DNA of 63,780 nt, filler included, from Peribolospora baueri (taxonomy: Eukaryota): NCBI GenBank assembly GCA_029717555.1. It is 3 parts of 3 records of this genome, joined end to end, with 100 filler letters (N's around TTAATTAATTAA, not from the genome) between each part and the next. Parts side by side here need not be neighbours in the genome. Positions count along the whole stretch, not along the records: positions 1 to 27,950 come from JAMDHS010000144.1; 2 more parts are not named here. One strand, given 5' to 3'. Made by a program: the position numbers and the translations under genes. Numbering within the stretch: position 1 is the first letter of the stretch; every line of letters starts with the position of its first letter. Below, piece after piece: positions 13,761 to 27,016 of the stretch. The notes beneath the pieces are model-generated. The model searched no databases and was not told the origin of the DNA. It saw only the letters and a list, made by a program, of their open reading frames with translations.

Positions 13761-14075
13761 TCCTTCCGTCTTAGACCAGACAAACCCGGAGCCAATGGGA
13801 CTCGATATCGTCGAACGAATGGAATATCGGAGTCTGCTCGTTTCGACAAAGCCCAGCACCCTTATCAGTAGTAAATGGTCGGAAGGAGCCAAAGGACCTC
13901 CGGCTGGCTGGCTGGCTCTTCTCTGGGCTGCGGACGCGGCAATCGACTCGACCCGATCGCGTTTCTACGCGCGGAGAGAGGCCAGGCAATTCTTTTGTCC
14001 ATCGTCCGTCCACATTCGACCCCTTCTTCCCCTCCCACCACCGCACGAGATCGACCCGGAAAAGGCGCCGGTGCC

Positions 14076-17000
14076 ATGTCCTCTTCTGCCTACCCGCCGC
14101 TCCACTCCTTGACGCCGCACCACGTCGCGCTGCTTGTGCTTATGTTTGACGTCCTTGAGGATGTCGATGCTGATGCCGACGTCGAGGACGACGGCGAGGG
14201 CGAGGGCGAGAGCGAAGGTGGAGGTGAAGGTGAAAGGGTGGAGGCGGAGGCGGAGGCGGAAAGGGAGTCGTCGGATCTGGATTTGGATCTGGATAGGGAC
14301 ACGTCTTCGTCCATGTCCCTTTCGCAATCGCAGTCCCAATTACAGCTCCAGTCTCGCCACGATCGTCCCGACGAGGCTGGTCCGGTTGGACTGCCCTATG
14401 CCAATGGCGATGGCGATGGCGACGACGACGACGGCGACGGCAAACATGAAGGCGAACATGGAGGAGGAGACAGCGGAGGAGACAGCGGAAGGAAGCCCTT
14501 GGATGCTGAATTGCAGACGCAAGTCTTGCTCGTGCTCACCAGGCACGTCTTGGGGGTGAGCTTAGTCTGAGTCGGTCGGTCGCGGGAGTGGGGAGAGAGC
14601 GTGGTCTTCTTCTTCTTCTTCTCGCTGATCCATCTCTTCTCTTCCCCGAACTGAATCAAAGGTCGTCGAACATCCGAAGAGGCTCGACGGCTTTGTTGAA
14701 GAGCTGCTGCACGCCTTGGAGCCGAGGGAGGGCGCGAAGGCGTTGGTGAAGAGGTTGAGCGCGCAGGTGAGCGGCAATCCTTCCCTTTTCCCTTTCTGCC
14801 CGTCGTCTCATTCGCTTTCCCAACCCTCCCCGTCGTCATACCCCAACCCTTAGCTTGATCGATTCACCACGCTCGACGCTCTCCACAATCTTTTCGAGCG
14901 TGAGTCCTCCCCGCCGAGTCCACCGCCGCACCTCGTGCCGTCGGCAGAAGCAGGCTAACCTGAGCATGGCGGGCGGTTTGTGCTTTTCTTTTTTTTTTCA
15001 GAATTGGGACTTGCGCTGAGCTCGCCAGAGGACGTGAGTGCAGACAAGGATACCCTGGCATACGACCGCCGCTCGGGCTGATCATACCTTTTCCGTCATG
15101 GCCTTTTCACCAGACCGCGGCAACCATGTACCTTCTCGTGCGTAAGCTCCTGGTCCAGCGCGCCGGTGATCGGCTCTCGCGGCTCAAACCGAATCTTTCC
15201 CGCTCCTCCCCTTACCCTCCAGGAGCGGCGCTCGCCCTTCGGCATCTTCCTACGCAAGTGCAGACTCAACTTCAACCAGCTCGATTTTCACCTCGCCGTA
15301 GAGCTCTTCGACGCCTTGGACGTTTACCGCGGGGCTCGTGCGGACGTTGGGCCGGCCGGCATCGACTTGACGGGCGAGCGGGACGTTGCTGTCGGTGAGT
15401 GGCGGTATTGCGATGCTCTTCCGGTCATGCATGCCTTCGAACGCTGGGGTTCGCCTTGACACTAACTCTTTCATCCGACCCCCGCATGTTGCAGGCGACG
15501 AGTTCGTTGTTGCCACTGCGACTTCGGGCTTCGACCGACCTTATTCGAGACGCCTGGATACGCTTCAAACGTGCGTCCAGTCGACACTATAATGTCATCT
15601 GCCATTATACTAAAAAAAAAATTTCCGCCCCTCAGTTACCAACGAGCCGTCCGTCAAGGTGATTTGGCACAAGCCTCTGAAAGCTTACGCAGTTTCTACG
15701 ATCACGAGTTTCCTGCTTCCGAGAGGTTAGCGTCGCCCCTCTTTCGTCTTTAGCGAAAGGCGCTCGACGACTCACACGACGCGTCCGTCTTCCCTCTTCC
15801 CCGCAGAGGGCTGCACCAACATGCCCTGCTCAATCTCGCCGCTTTCCACCATCAGACCGGTGGTCTCGGCGCCGCACGACGAGTGGGTGAATTTATTTTC
15901 CTCGTCGTCCTTGCCTCGTCGCTGAGGTCGAAGCCTTGTCTCTTCGTCGTTTAGGCCCTTAACGAGGCGATCAAACTCGCAAGGAATGAGGGCGACCTTG
16001 AGACTTCAAGGCTATGCCAAAGGTGATCTCTTCCTTTTCTCCGCACCGTGCCCAACGCCACACAGCTGATTTGAGTCCGCCGCGTCCGCTCAGTTTCCTC
16101 CGTCGGCTGGACGCCCAAGGCGACGATGGCCAACCTGGTCCTTCAACACGCCCCGGCAATGCGAGCACCGGCACGCACGCTCTGACGCCTCTGGACGAGA
16201 TGTGGGAAGCTCAGATTGGGATCATGCGGGTGAATTTGTCGGCCGCGTGTCCTGAAAAGCACGGCAGGCACTGATCATATCGTATCTGACGCGTGAACCC
16301 AGGGCGAGCCCATCCATAAGGCCCTTCCGCGACTGGCTCGAGCCAAAGGGCTCAGCATGCGAAGCAACGTATTCGACGTCAAAAAGGCCGATAGCGGGGA
16401 AGCGGGCAAGGACCGACCGGAGCACGTTCTTCTCGACAACACCGCTTGGCATGCGGTTCAGGGCGACATTTGGGCAAAGATGGGTGAGCGAGGCGTTGCG
16501 GACGGAGTCTGGAGGGGAGTCGCGGGGGGAGGCCCTCGTCTGACTCTACAGTGACTTTGTCACTCGAGCAGGCTCCGAGACGTTGAGCAGCCTGCACCAT
16601 AGCTTGGGCACCAAACGTCGCCGACCAAAAGGTCGGCATGCTAGTGATGCCAGGACGAGTATTGCCGTCGGCAGAGCTCGACAGGTAAGTCACTTTAATC
16701 CAATCAGTACGCCGTCAAGCGCATTCAGGCACTTCTGAGCGAGCTTCACCCCTCAACCTTTCGTGCTTACCGCTTAGCTGGCGTTGGCAGGAGCGTATGA
16801 ACGGGCGCTCGAGCTGCTGTTTCAACGAGATGCGACGCAAGATATGAGTATTTATGAAATTCAGATATGGCAGGATGCCGTCTGGCGTGTTCTCTACCTG
16901 CAGGCGCGACGTGGAACGGACATGGGGACGATGGAGAGCATAAAGCAGCTCTATCCCCAGGTCGACTCTCCCGCCGGTTCATCCTCGCCCGACAAAGGCA

Positions 17001-17933
17001 AGGACCGACAGCGCGTGGACTCTGCCGTCGAAGTGGAGCGTCTGTTGATCGAGGCAAGGTCACTCATGGTGAGCCGTCCTCTCGTTTCTTTGGTGGGCGG
17101 CAAGGGTACGGCTGACCGCAAAGGCGTTGTTCAGCGAGCCGAGCAACCTGCGCTCGCGCTTTCCCCTCTCCTAACAGCCGTCGAGCTATCTCATCGACGG
17201 GACCTTCTAGATCTGCACCGCGCTGCGTCCGTATCGCTAGCCGAATTGTTCGGTCTCGCCTTCGACATGCCCGGGTACGGGAAAGAGGTGGTGGAAAGCT
17301 ACTTGCCGCAGGTCAGCGAATTTACATCGTCCATCGATTTTGACGTCCCCGGCGGCGGAACGTTTCCTGACGCCATAAGTCTGCGTTTTGTGCAGATCAT
17401 GACCAGCGTCGATGCGGAGGAACGCGGTTTGGCGTTCTTCGTTTACGCCAGATGCCTCATGGCTGCATCCCGAGCCAACGGTGGGGTTCTTTCCAGTTAT
17501 TTCGGATAGGGACTTCGAAGCGTTTGGCTCACGAATGTCTTTCCCCTTGTCTCCCATTTGACAGAAAACGATTTGAGAACTGCCTACATGTTCCTCATGC
17601 GGGCGCGTGCAGGTGAGCGAAAAAAAAGTTTGCAAACTCTTTTCCAACATCGTTCGTTGTCCACCACACCTCATCAATCTTGGATCTTCCCTGAATCTAG
17701 CCTACGAAGACGCAGGGTGTCTCAACGAGGCGTTGCAGTCCGTGCTCTACTATATCGTCCGGCTATCGCATCATTCGGGCTTCACGGAAGAGCGCGACAA
17801 GACGGCGATGCGGCACAGCGAGCTGGACCGGCAACTGACATCTCGGAGGAATTCGCGCTCGGTCAACACCCTCGTGGATACCGCGGCGAGCTTGATCGCG
17901 GACTTGAGTGCAGCCGTCGCTGGTGGTGGCTAG
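14076..17933 (+). CDS. APC5: Anaphase-promoting complex subunit 5, spliced
   Basis: LTPHHVALLVL, ERRSPFGIFLRKCRLNFNQLDF, GDLAQASESLRSFYD, HQHALLNLA and ALNEAIKLARNEGD (ANAPC5 domain), with a helical TPR-like C-terminus. Confidence 0.85.
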
Positions 17934-18050
17934 ATAGCAGTTCATCGCTGCTGACGACCCCTTGCGCGTAATGCAACCAGACGCCAAGGCGTCGCTTGAA
18001 CGAAGCGAAAGGAACGGGGCAAGGGCCGTTTCGCGCAGTGCAAAGCCCTC

Positions 18051-19984
18051 TTACGACTTGAGACCGAGTCCGACCGCTTTGGTCGCTTCCAACCCTCGGT
18101 CTACCCCAGGGAGTTCACACTTCTTTTCGGCGGCTGCGGCACCTGTGACCGGTATGATGCTTAGAACGCCGCCGTACTGATCCCGTAGGACGTGGAGGAC
18201 CGGCCGGCCGCCACATTGAGCAGTCTCCAGACATGGACAGAAGTTGGCGATGGCAGAGACGTAGGAAACAAAGTCGTCGCGCATAGACTGCCAGAGGTCG
18301 ACGCAGCGGATATGTCTGAGACGGGGAAGCCAAGTGAATATCTCGGCGTAAACGCCCTGTGAGGAAGATTGAAGGGGAGGAAAGACGACGGGCGACAGCG
18401 TGAGCGCTGCGCCGCGCGTTCGAAGAATAGAAGGTTCCCTCTCCACCCACCATGCCGTCGTCCATACAGCTTCTGATGCAGAGCTCCTCAAGGTTGGCGC
18501 AGGCCCTGAACAGCATCTCTATCTGCTTCCAATTGTTCCTCCTACGATTCAGTTCTTCGAAGGCTTGACCGAAGTCGACGTCGAGTCGACGAAGGCTCGT
18601 TGTCTTCCCCAGCACATGCAACAGCTGTTGTCCTTCTGAGGTGGCAAAGTCTAAGGGAGCGTGGAAGCGGAGGCCACTGATGGAGACGATTGGGCGATGG
18701 CCGCTCAGGACGGTGATAACATTGTCGATGCCTCCGTGGAAGTGAGTCAGCCGGGGCAAGGCTGCGGGGAGTAGTTCTTGGAGGTAAACATACGTTCCGG
18801 GAGAGTGGTCGCCCTGGTCGAGATAGAGCTCCTCGATGGCGGAGTGGGCCTCGAAGAAGGAGGCTACGGCTTGTTCATCGCCTGCGTAAAAGGTGCCCAG
18901 CTCGAGCGTCCGAAGCTGTGGCCAGATGCGCTGCGCCTGCGAGAGGAGAATGCCCGCATAGGAGAAATCTCCAGAGTCGTAGTAGGTGTAGCAGAGTCGA
19001 AGCTCGACGAGATCGGGGCAGCGCAAGGTGAGCATGGATTCGAGCCTTGCAAGACGTGAGGTGTCGTAGCGTTGCTCTGTGAAAAGGGACAGCTTGTCAA
19101 AACCTGTGTGTACCACGCGGGGCGAGACTTACGGGAGTTCTTCAAAGCCGACGAGTAGAACACGAAGCGCTCCAAGCCTCCCAGTTCGAAAATCTGGCCG
19201 TTTGCCAATGGTCGCCAATGATCCACGTCACAGGCATGCCCCACCCGTCAAAACTTTTATTCTTCTGGCAACAGAATGCGGTGCGAAGTGGACTACTCGC
19301 GTACTCACCGCGGAGTCGTGAATGGACATCAACTGAGCTTCCCCACCCGCCATTGCCTCTCTCCGCTTCAGCAGGGCGCTTCCTTCCAGAGGCGCGTCAG
19401 CCACTTCGAGGTCCTTAAGATCCGGACAGCATCGTTTGAGCGTCCACCACATTTCGTTGTCCGGAGGCGGCTCTGGGAGTCGGTAGACGAACCGTCTGAG
19501 GCGATGCATATGGGCGAGGGCGAGGCAGAAGTCTTTGATACCCGTTGAAGCCGCCGAGGCCGTCAAAGGGAGATGGAATGTAGGGTCGAAGCGCACGTCA
19601 TCGGTCCCAAGGTCGAAAGGGATGAGCTTGACGGTGCGCACCTTCCGAGCGAGGGAGGGGTGATCGAGGAGATGCTTCCAGATGGGGGAGGTGATATTGC
19701 ATGCGAGGGTGCGGTAATGCAGATGAGAAGGAACGATTCGAGACAGGGCTCGGCAAGAGAGTGCAAGGTTGAGGAGGTCCTGTATAGGGTCGATGTGCTG
19801 TTGTTCCGGGGAAATGGACACAACTGAGAGGACGCTCAGTATCGTCCGTCGCTCCGGACAGGTGCCGCCCTATCACGTCAGCGGCGCGACGGCACCGCAC
19901 GGGCTTTGCTTAAGGAACAGAAGCGGGAATGCGCACCGATGCAACGTTGTCGAGCACCTCGACTGGCAATTTGAGGAGGGACAT
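18051..19984 (-). CDS. F-box protein with LRR/RNI-like C-terminus, spliced
   Basis: MSLLKLPVEVLDNVAS|...IDPIQDLLNLALSCRALSRIV (F-box), then LRR-like repeats (CPDLKDLEV, CPDLVELRL, PQLRTLEL, CANLEELCI, CPCLE). Confidence 0.75.
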
Positions 19985-20420
19985 GATCCGCGGGCTGGTG
20001 ACGACTTCATCTGGCCATGGCCATCTGGTTGCGAGTCGATGGAAGAAGAGTCTCGCGCTTCGCGTTCGTGCACGTGACGTGGAAAGACGTCCTCCTTCCG
20101 CCTCGATACCCCCGCCTTTTCCGACCGGCATCGACGTCCAAGCGTGTATGGCCAATGACCAGGACGTTTTCAATGTCAACGGCTTGCTTCCACCTGGACT
20201 GCATGTGGGGCCGAGCGCGGCGACGATGGCGAACGTCACCCGTCCAGGAAGCCGAGCCGGCGCATGTAACGAAGGTTTTGGATGCCCTTTGGGGACGTTG
20301 CTCCTTCCGACGACACTGGACCGCTTCCTTTCCACCAGCTCTTCACCGTCCCTGTCCACCCACGAGCACGTCGCACGTCGCAAAAGATACATCGGGAACG
20401 ATGACATCAAACTCTGCGTC

Positions 20421-20452
20421 CATCACATCACATCACATCACATCACATCACA
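20421..20452. repeat. (CATCA)n microsatellite
   Basis: Directly visible. Confidence 0.9.
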
Positions 20453-21306
20453 GTGACGTGACGGACGTGGGAGACGTCCGGGACACCTTGCGGACATATC
20501 TAACGTTCCTTTTTGAAAATCGACAGAATAAAAAGGGTTCTCATTGAAAGATACCAGCATTCTTCGCATCCCGTCCACCGACCTTGTTGGGTGTACATCG
20601 GTACGCTCGTCTGTCTCCGTTCGTCAACGTCAATGTCAACGTCACAGGACAGGCTTTGGGGTATTCTGGAAACCATTTGGGATACGACTTCGGTCGTGCT
20701 TCGTCGAGAGCTGGAGGAGCGTATGCGTTCCGAATGACGCGTCCATTCGTTCATAGGGCAAGGGACGTACGTGCCCGGGTAAAGAGCCTAGCCAACACGC
20801 ACACGCGACGCGTTCGGATGGAAGGAGGGGCACGGAAGCACAGAGGGAAGGAGGGACAGGCAGCGGTGAGGTGCGGTCCAGGGACGGAGCGACCAAGAAA
20901 GCCAGCGGATAAATGAAGGGAACAAGGGGTACGTACGGTGTCGAGCAACGACGACGAAAACGAAAAAAACGACGCGTGCCGAGAGAGGCGAGCGGAGGGA
21001 AGAGAAAAGCAAGATGGAAAGAGGAAGGAGGTCGTCTGGGCAAATAATACAAAGGTCTCCGTCGCGGTTGATTACGGGGTGGAGAGATGAAGACGAAGTG
21101 CGACAAGAGAAACAGAAAAAGGGAGATAGACAATGGGACCGAGGGTCCCTTCCAGCATAAGGCAAACGGTGGAGGAACATTAAAGCGTGGCGGACCGGCC
21201 AGCGGGCCGGCCGGAGCTAGCGTAGGGGACGACGGGGCGAGACAAGTCCTTGAGATGGGAAGCGAAGAGAGCGTAGTCGAGCCGAGGGGAGAAAAGAAGA
21301 AAAGTG

Positions 21307-23809
21307 CTACTCGTCTTCGTCGTCCTTTCGTCGTCGTTTCCTGCTACCCGCCTCCGAGCCATCTTCAGACTGCTCCTGCACCGGCTGTTGCTGCCAGTTT
21401 ATTGACGGCGCCTGAGGGAGGGTAGGCACGACGGGCATGCCAGACGGTGCGGAGACGGCGACGACAGGTGCGGGCGCGGAAGAGCTGGCAGAGCCGGAGG
21501 GGGAGGAGGAGGGGGGGGCGGGCATCTGTGGCGCTGGCAGCGTCGTCGTCCCGCCCGCCGCCTCGATCGCCGCTGCCTTTTCGCCGCATTCTTTCTCCAC
21601 CCGCCAGTGTCGCCGCAAGGCGTCGCTGCGCGGGAAGCCCTTGCCACAACTGTAGAGAAGGAAGGCAGACCGATGAGCAAAGGAAAAGACAGCAAAAAGG
21701 AGGTGGGGACTATAACTCACGCATCGCAGATATAAGGCTTGTCACCGCTGTGCACGCGCGCGTGCCTCTCCAGATCGTGTTTCCGGCTAAACGCCCTGGG
21801 GCAGCTGGAGCAGGCAAACGGTTTGAGCTGGCTATGGCTCCGGAGATGCGCCTTGAGGTTGTAGCTCCTGTTCTTGGCGAACGTCTTGGGGCAGTTGGGG
21901 AAGGGACATCGGGCGACGCCGTCGGCGTCCATGGCCGCGTCAAAGCCGGCGATGCCGCTCATGGTGGCCGAGGGGCCGAGCATCGAGATGCCGAGGTGGT
22001 CGTGTCCGAGCACCTGGGCGTTCGCGATGGGCACGCCGTTGACGTCCACCATGGTCGCGCCCGGCGCCGAAGGCGGCTGCGTGGCGAGGACGGACGGGAA
22101 GGTGGTCGTGGATGGACCGTTGCCGTTGATGATGTGCATCGGCGCCGCCTGGGGGAGCGACGGCGGTCGAACGTTGAACGATGTTTGGCCGCCGCCGGCA
22201 AGCGAAGCGGGAGAGAGAGCGCTAGGCGAAGAAGTGAGGCGGGGCGTAAGGTGTTGGAGACCGGCGGGACTGCCGTGCTGGGAAAGCGGTCCCAAGCTGT
22301 TCGTCCTGACGTGGTTGTGGCCATTCCGAGAGCTGAGCCAGACACCGCTGGTCAAATTGCCCATGTCGTCTTCCAAATCGCCCACGCCTCCAGCCCAACC
22401 GCCGGTCAACTTGTTCCGCGTGGGCTGGCCAACCAGGCCGAGCGAGGAGGAGCGCATCTGCATGGGCCCATTCGGACCGACGAAGGGGTGAGGAGCGGGA
22501 GACATGGAGGTGTGGCCAGGAGCGGAGAGCCGGCTGATGCCGATGCCCTGAGGGGCGTACAAAGACGGGGACAGGCCGGAACTGACGCTGGCGCCGGCAG
22601 AGAGGGTGGCTTGCTGTTCCGACAACGGCATCTGCGAGCGTACGATGGGTTGGGGAGACTGGGTGAAGCTCGCCGCGGGAGCGGCTGCGGACGGAGGCAA
22701 GGAGGGGGGCGTGGTGGGACGCGACATGCCCGGGTTGAATCCGGCGAGGGGATTGATGGGAAAGTCGTAGTTGGGCTGAGAAGACGTGCTGCCGTTGGGG
22801 CTAGCGCCGGACATGGACTGAGACTGGGAGCTGGTGCGTCGGTGGGCCGGAACGGGCGGAGCGGACGCGGGAGCGCTCGAGGAGGAAGAGCGGATGACGA
22901 CCTCCTGCGTCGCGGGGGACCCGGGGGTGCGAGCATGCAAGAAGGACAACCTGGAAGGCGGGAAGGGGTCGGAAGAGGACGAAGAGGGGTCTCCGACGGA
23001 GTGGTCGAAGAAGGCCATGGAGCCGGGGGCGGAGAGCACGGGGAGATCGGTGCCATTGGAGGCGATGTTGAGGGTGTCGGGCGTCGGGTAATCGACGACT
23101 CGGAGAGCGTTCCTGGAATCGACGTCGGCGGAGGACAATCCGGCGACGGTGGTATCGATCCAAACGTCGGCCGGGGTCGACAAGGAGACATCGGAGACGT
23201 GGAAACCGACGGGGCCTACGGCGACGTCGTGGGGCAAGTCGGCTAAGCTGTCGCCGAGGTCGTGATTGGGGTTGAACACGTTGGCCTGCGTGTGAGCGGA
23301 GTATTCTTTGGAAGGGAAGCAACAGAGGTTTGGGAGGTGAGCGAGAAGATGCGCATATCCAAGGCGCGTGGACACACACCATACTCGGGCACAGCGTCGA
23401 GGAGATCGACGGGCAGCTCGGGGAACTTGAGCTCGCCGTCGGGGCCGAGGTCGAGAAGGTCGATGCCATTGGCTCCGGGTGCCTCTGTGCCGGCTCTGAG
23501 GGCACTCTGTGCGAGCTCGAACTCAAGGTCGACGTCGTAGGACGGCCCAGGGACAGGGGCGGATTGGGCGGCGAGATGATGGGAAGCGGGGCCGGAGAAG
23601 GGGAGGGAGGACAGGGAGTGGCCGACGGTGTCATCAGCGATCCTGGACTGGACGGAGGCGGGGCCGGCGCCGGCGCTGGCGGAGGAGGCTGGGAGTGTAG
23701 GAAGGGAGAAAGCGTGACCGAGGTCGGAGGCCGACAAGTCCAGTTGGTGCTGGTCCATGCCGCGAAGGTGAGAGTGCAGGCCGGAGGAGGAGGGGAGGAC
23801 CGAGGTCAT
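21307..23809 (-). CDS. C2H2 zinc-finger transcription factor (three C-terminal fingers), spliced
   Basis: CPFPNCPKTF...NLKAHLRSH, KPFACSSCPRAFSRKHDLERHARVH and SGDKPYICDA|CGKGFPRSDALRRH. Long S/P-rich N-terminus and a C-terminal basic RKRRRK motif. Confidence 0.9.
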
Positions 23810-24442
23810 GCTGCGTTCGGGGTGGCGGTTACCGGGCGGCGGTCAAGCGAGTAGCGAGCACGCTGGAGGGAGGGGAATCGTCTCGTCCCGCACGGACGGA
23901 ACGTGTGCCACGCCAAACGATGGGGGGGCGCTGACGTCCGAAAGCAGAGGAAGTGTGAAGGATGGAGAGAGGGGGACGGGGTCAGCACAAGGGAGGTGTG
24001 GTCATGGAATCCTCGCTCCTCGCTCTCCGGCCTCGGTCCGGTGCTTCGTTCATGCGAGCGGGCCCACTTACGATGATAACCGTATGGAAGGAAGGGGGAG
24101 GCAGGTTGGGTAGAAGAGATTAGGGGGTCGTCAGGTGGGAGGAGTGCAAGAACCAAGGGAGGGGCGACGACCAGCGAGCGGGGGGAGGGGAGAGGAAGCT
24201 GCGACGGGGATAGGGGTCGGTGGTGGTGGAGGTGGTGGTTGTGGTTGAAATTCGGGTTCTGGTTCGGGCACGGGCAGTGGCGGTGGTGGTGAAGGGGAAG
24301 TGGGGCCGTAGATTACGCGTGAGGGTTAGCGAGGAGAGGAGAGGACGTCGGATATCGTGGACGGCGGGTCGGTTCGGGGAGCACGCGAGCGGAAGAGGGA
24401 AGAGGGGGTGGTGGTGGAAAGGGGAGGGAGAGGAAAAGAGGG

Positions 24443-24480
24443 AGGGAAAGGGAAAGGGAAAGGGAAAGGGAAAGGGAAAA
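24443..24480. repeat. (GGGAAA)n microsatellite in the purine-rich region upstream of the C2H2 gene
   Basis: Directly visible. Further runs of (GTTCA)n at ~25034-25073 and (GGAC)n at ~25399-25433. Confidence 0.85.
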
Positions 24481-25959
24481 GGGCCGTCTGGGGAAGGAGT
24501 CGGTGAGCGAGCGTAGCGGGATGGTGGTGAGGTGAGCGTGCGGTGCTGTGCGAGGTGGGACCGGGACGGGAGGCGAGCGAGCGAGGAAGCGAACGTCGTG
24601 GGCCGGATGGATGGACTGGCGGAAGAAGAAGAGAAGAGGGACGGGCGAATCAGTCCCCTCCGTCCGCACATCCGCTCTCTCTCGTCTGGCGGTGGCCAGG
24701 GCAGGCAGACAGACACCACATAGAGAGAAGACACACCTAGAGCCAGCTAGACACAGACAGACACAGACACAGACGCAGCCGTGCACGAGGTGCTCGCCTT
24801 GAGTGCCGCAGCACCGGATGAGGAGAGGCAGCCAGCCCAGCAGCCAGCGTGTGCCGCAGCTCGGCCAATCAGGCGACATCAGCGCGCCACCACGGACGGA
24901 CCGACGACGCGGTTAGCGGGTCGGTTAGGGGACAGGGTGCCGCAGCCAGACAGTCCAGCGTCAACTCAATTCAATAGGCTACTTCGAACCGTTTTGAACT
25001 CGGTTCGCGTCCATGTCGGTTGAGGCCCCTTTTAGTTCGGTTCAGTTCGGTTCAGTTCAGTTCAGTTCAGTTCCGTCGACGTGAGGCGATCGATCCGTCG
25101 ACTCGAGCACGCTGTCGTCCTCCCTTGAATCCGTTCCGTCGTCGACCCTCCGTCTGGGACCCACCGAGTCGAACTTGCGCGTGCTCTCATCCCCACCTCG
25201 GCTCGCCGCCTATTCACTGCCTCAACGAACCCTCGACCGTCGCCGATCGCACACACGCAAACCTCGTCGTCGACACCTGGGATGACCCGCACACACCGCA
25301 CATGTACATCCAACCCAACCCAACCGGACATCTCTGCCTTCTCTCTCACGGACCTGATCCCGCCTTCGAACATGGCACGAATAAACTAGCCGGGTAAGAC
25401 GGACGGACGGACGGACGGACGGACGGACGGACGACCACGATCCCACTAGGGCGGACCCTCTCCGGGACCGGCGGCCAGACAGACGGGTGGGTCGTGGTGG
25501 AATGCTGAGATGATACATCCGCGCCTTCCCGTCTTTATGGACCGTGCGGTGCGGTGGGGCGCATGACTGCACATCGCATACGGCAGACTTCCTTCCTCAC
25601 CAATCTCCAACGCTCGAACAGTTGCCATACGCTCCCCCCCGTTCGTTCGTTCGTTCGTTATCTTGAGACGGGATGGGATGGATGGACGGGCGACCACGCG
25701 ATGTGATCGTTCGTCGGCAATCATAGATCCATGGCGGACGTGGACGTGGACAGGAAGGGAAGGGAAGGGAAAAAGAACAGAAAAGCGAAAGGAAGCAAAT
25801 CAATTCCATTCGAATCCTGCACCCGTTGCCGAATGGGGATGGAGAGGAACCGTTTCCGACGGACCGGATGGGACGGGACGTTGGACTGGACTGAATTCAA
25901 GTCAACGTTGACATCTTACCATCCTCTATGTCTCGGTCTCCAGATACATCCCCCCTTGC

Positions 25960-26655
25960 TTGCTCGCCCGTCACGTGCTGTCACCTGCTCTGCCGTTTTG
26001 CGAAACAATCGGCTGCTCGACAACCTCGACCCCGAGGCTTCATGCTTTTATGCTCCTTGGCGTAATCTTCTCCAAACTAGCTTTCCACCGTCTCGCGGAC
26101 AGACCTCGCTACGCCGTCAGTCATAAGAGCGCGTCCAGGCTCTCGTCGTCGATGGATCTCAAAATCGTCGGATGTTTGGAATCCAGTGCACCTTTCGGCC
26201 AGTCCGAGATGAACCACACCGTGCCCGACGCTTCATGCTTTTATGCCCCTCGGCCACCAAATCTTTGCCTCTCTCGTCCTATATACCCAGGCCATCGATC
26301 GACGCGTGCGAAAAGGTGTCCCATCATCTTCTCCAAGCTAGCTTTCCACCGTCTCGTGGACAGGACCGCCCTACGCCGTCAGCCATAAAAGACCGTCCCG
26401 ACGGTCACAGGAGAGGAGAGGCGCTGACATCCTCCTCCAAATCCAGCCTGCCCGAACACGCGACCAAGCCTGAATAAAGAGTTGAATACCGTTTCTGGGC
26501 GAGCACGCCGAATCCGAACGCGAGCCGATTTCGTAAACCGACCCCTCCATGTCCTTCATCCTATATGACTTATCCCTTCGTTCTCCATGTCAACCTCATG
26601 CGATCGCTCCGGCGTTATTCTCGCCTCTCGCGTCATCTTGACCGCCTTGTCCTTC
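25960..26655. mobile_element. Second (inverted) copy of the repeat family at the window start, with internal direct repeats
   Basis: 26451-26655 matches 588-786 as reverse complement. The motif gcttcatgcttttatgc...tcttctccaa(a/g)ctagctttccaccgtctcg...ctacgccgtcag(t/c)cataa recurs at ~26036-26125 and ~26230-26390. Confidence 0.55.
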
Positions 26656-27016
26656 AGATTGTCCTGCGAAGCGAGGGACATGTCAGCGCCCGTTCGTCTC
26701 TCGCGTGCAGCCGGTCAAAGATGGGATCGTGCGATACCGATCGTGGGTAACCCCCCGGCGAGAGAGCTCACCTTGACCCATTGCAGACTGCGAAACGCCG
26801 GCACCTGCATGACGCCCTTGTGTTCGCGGTGAATAGCCCGTCGCCTCTCCCTCCTCGTCTCAGCTTCACAATTACCGTCGCTCGTATGTCAACTCGTGCG
26901 TCTCGCTCGTCCTGGCACTCCGCAGACTCTCACGGTCGCTGTTATCGGACGCCTTTTCCCAAGCCGCTCGTTCGGCAGACGGGGGCTCGAGCTCGCCGGA
27001 TTGCACCCGACCGATA

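Noticed and set aside
6038..19984. Functional cluster of ubiquitin-ligase components (Elongin A, APC5, F-box)
   Set aside because: They belong to different complexes and are interspersed with unrelated genes, so this is probably chance.
22890..22915. QEVVIRS as a calcineurin-docking PxIxIT site
   Set aside because: It lacks the leading Pro and is too degenerate to support a CRZ1 call.
21447..23246. 599-aa plus-strand ORF
   Set aside because: Arg/Gly-rich antisense shadow of the GC-rich C2H2 gene, with no domain signature.
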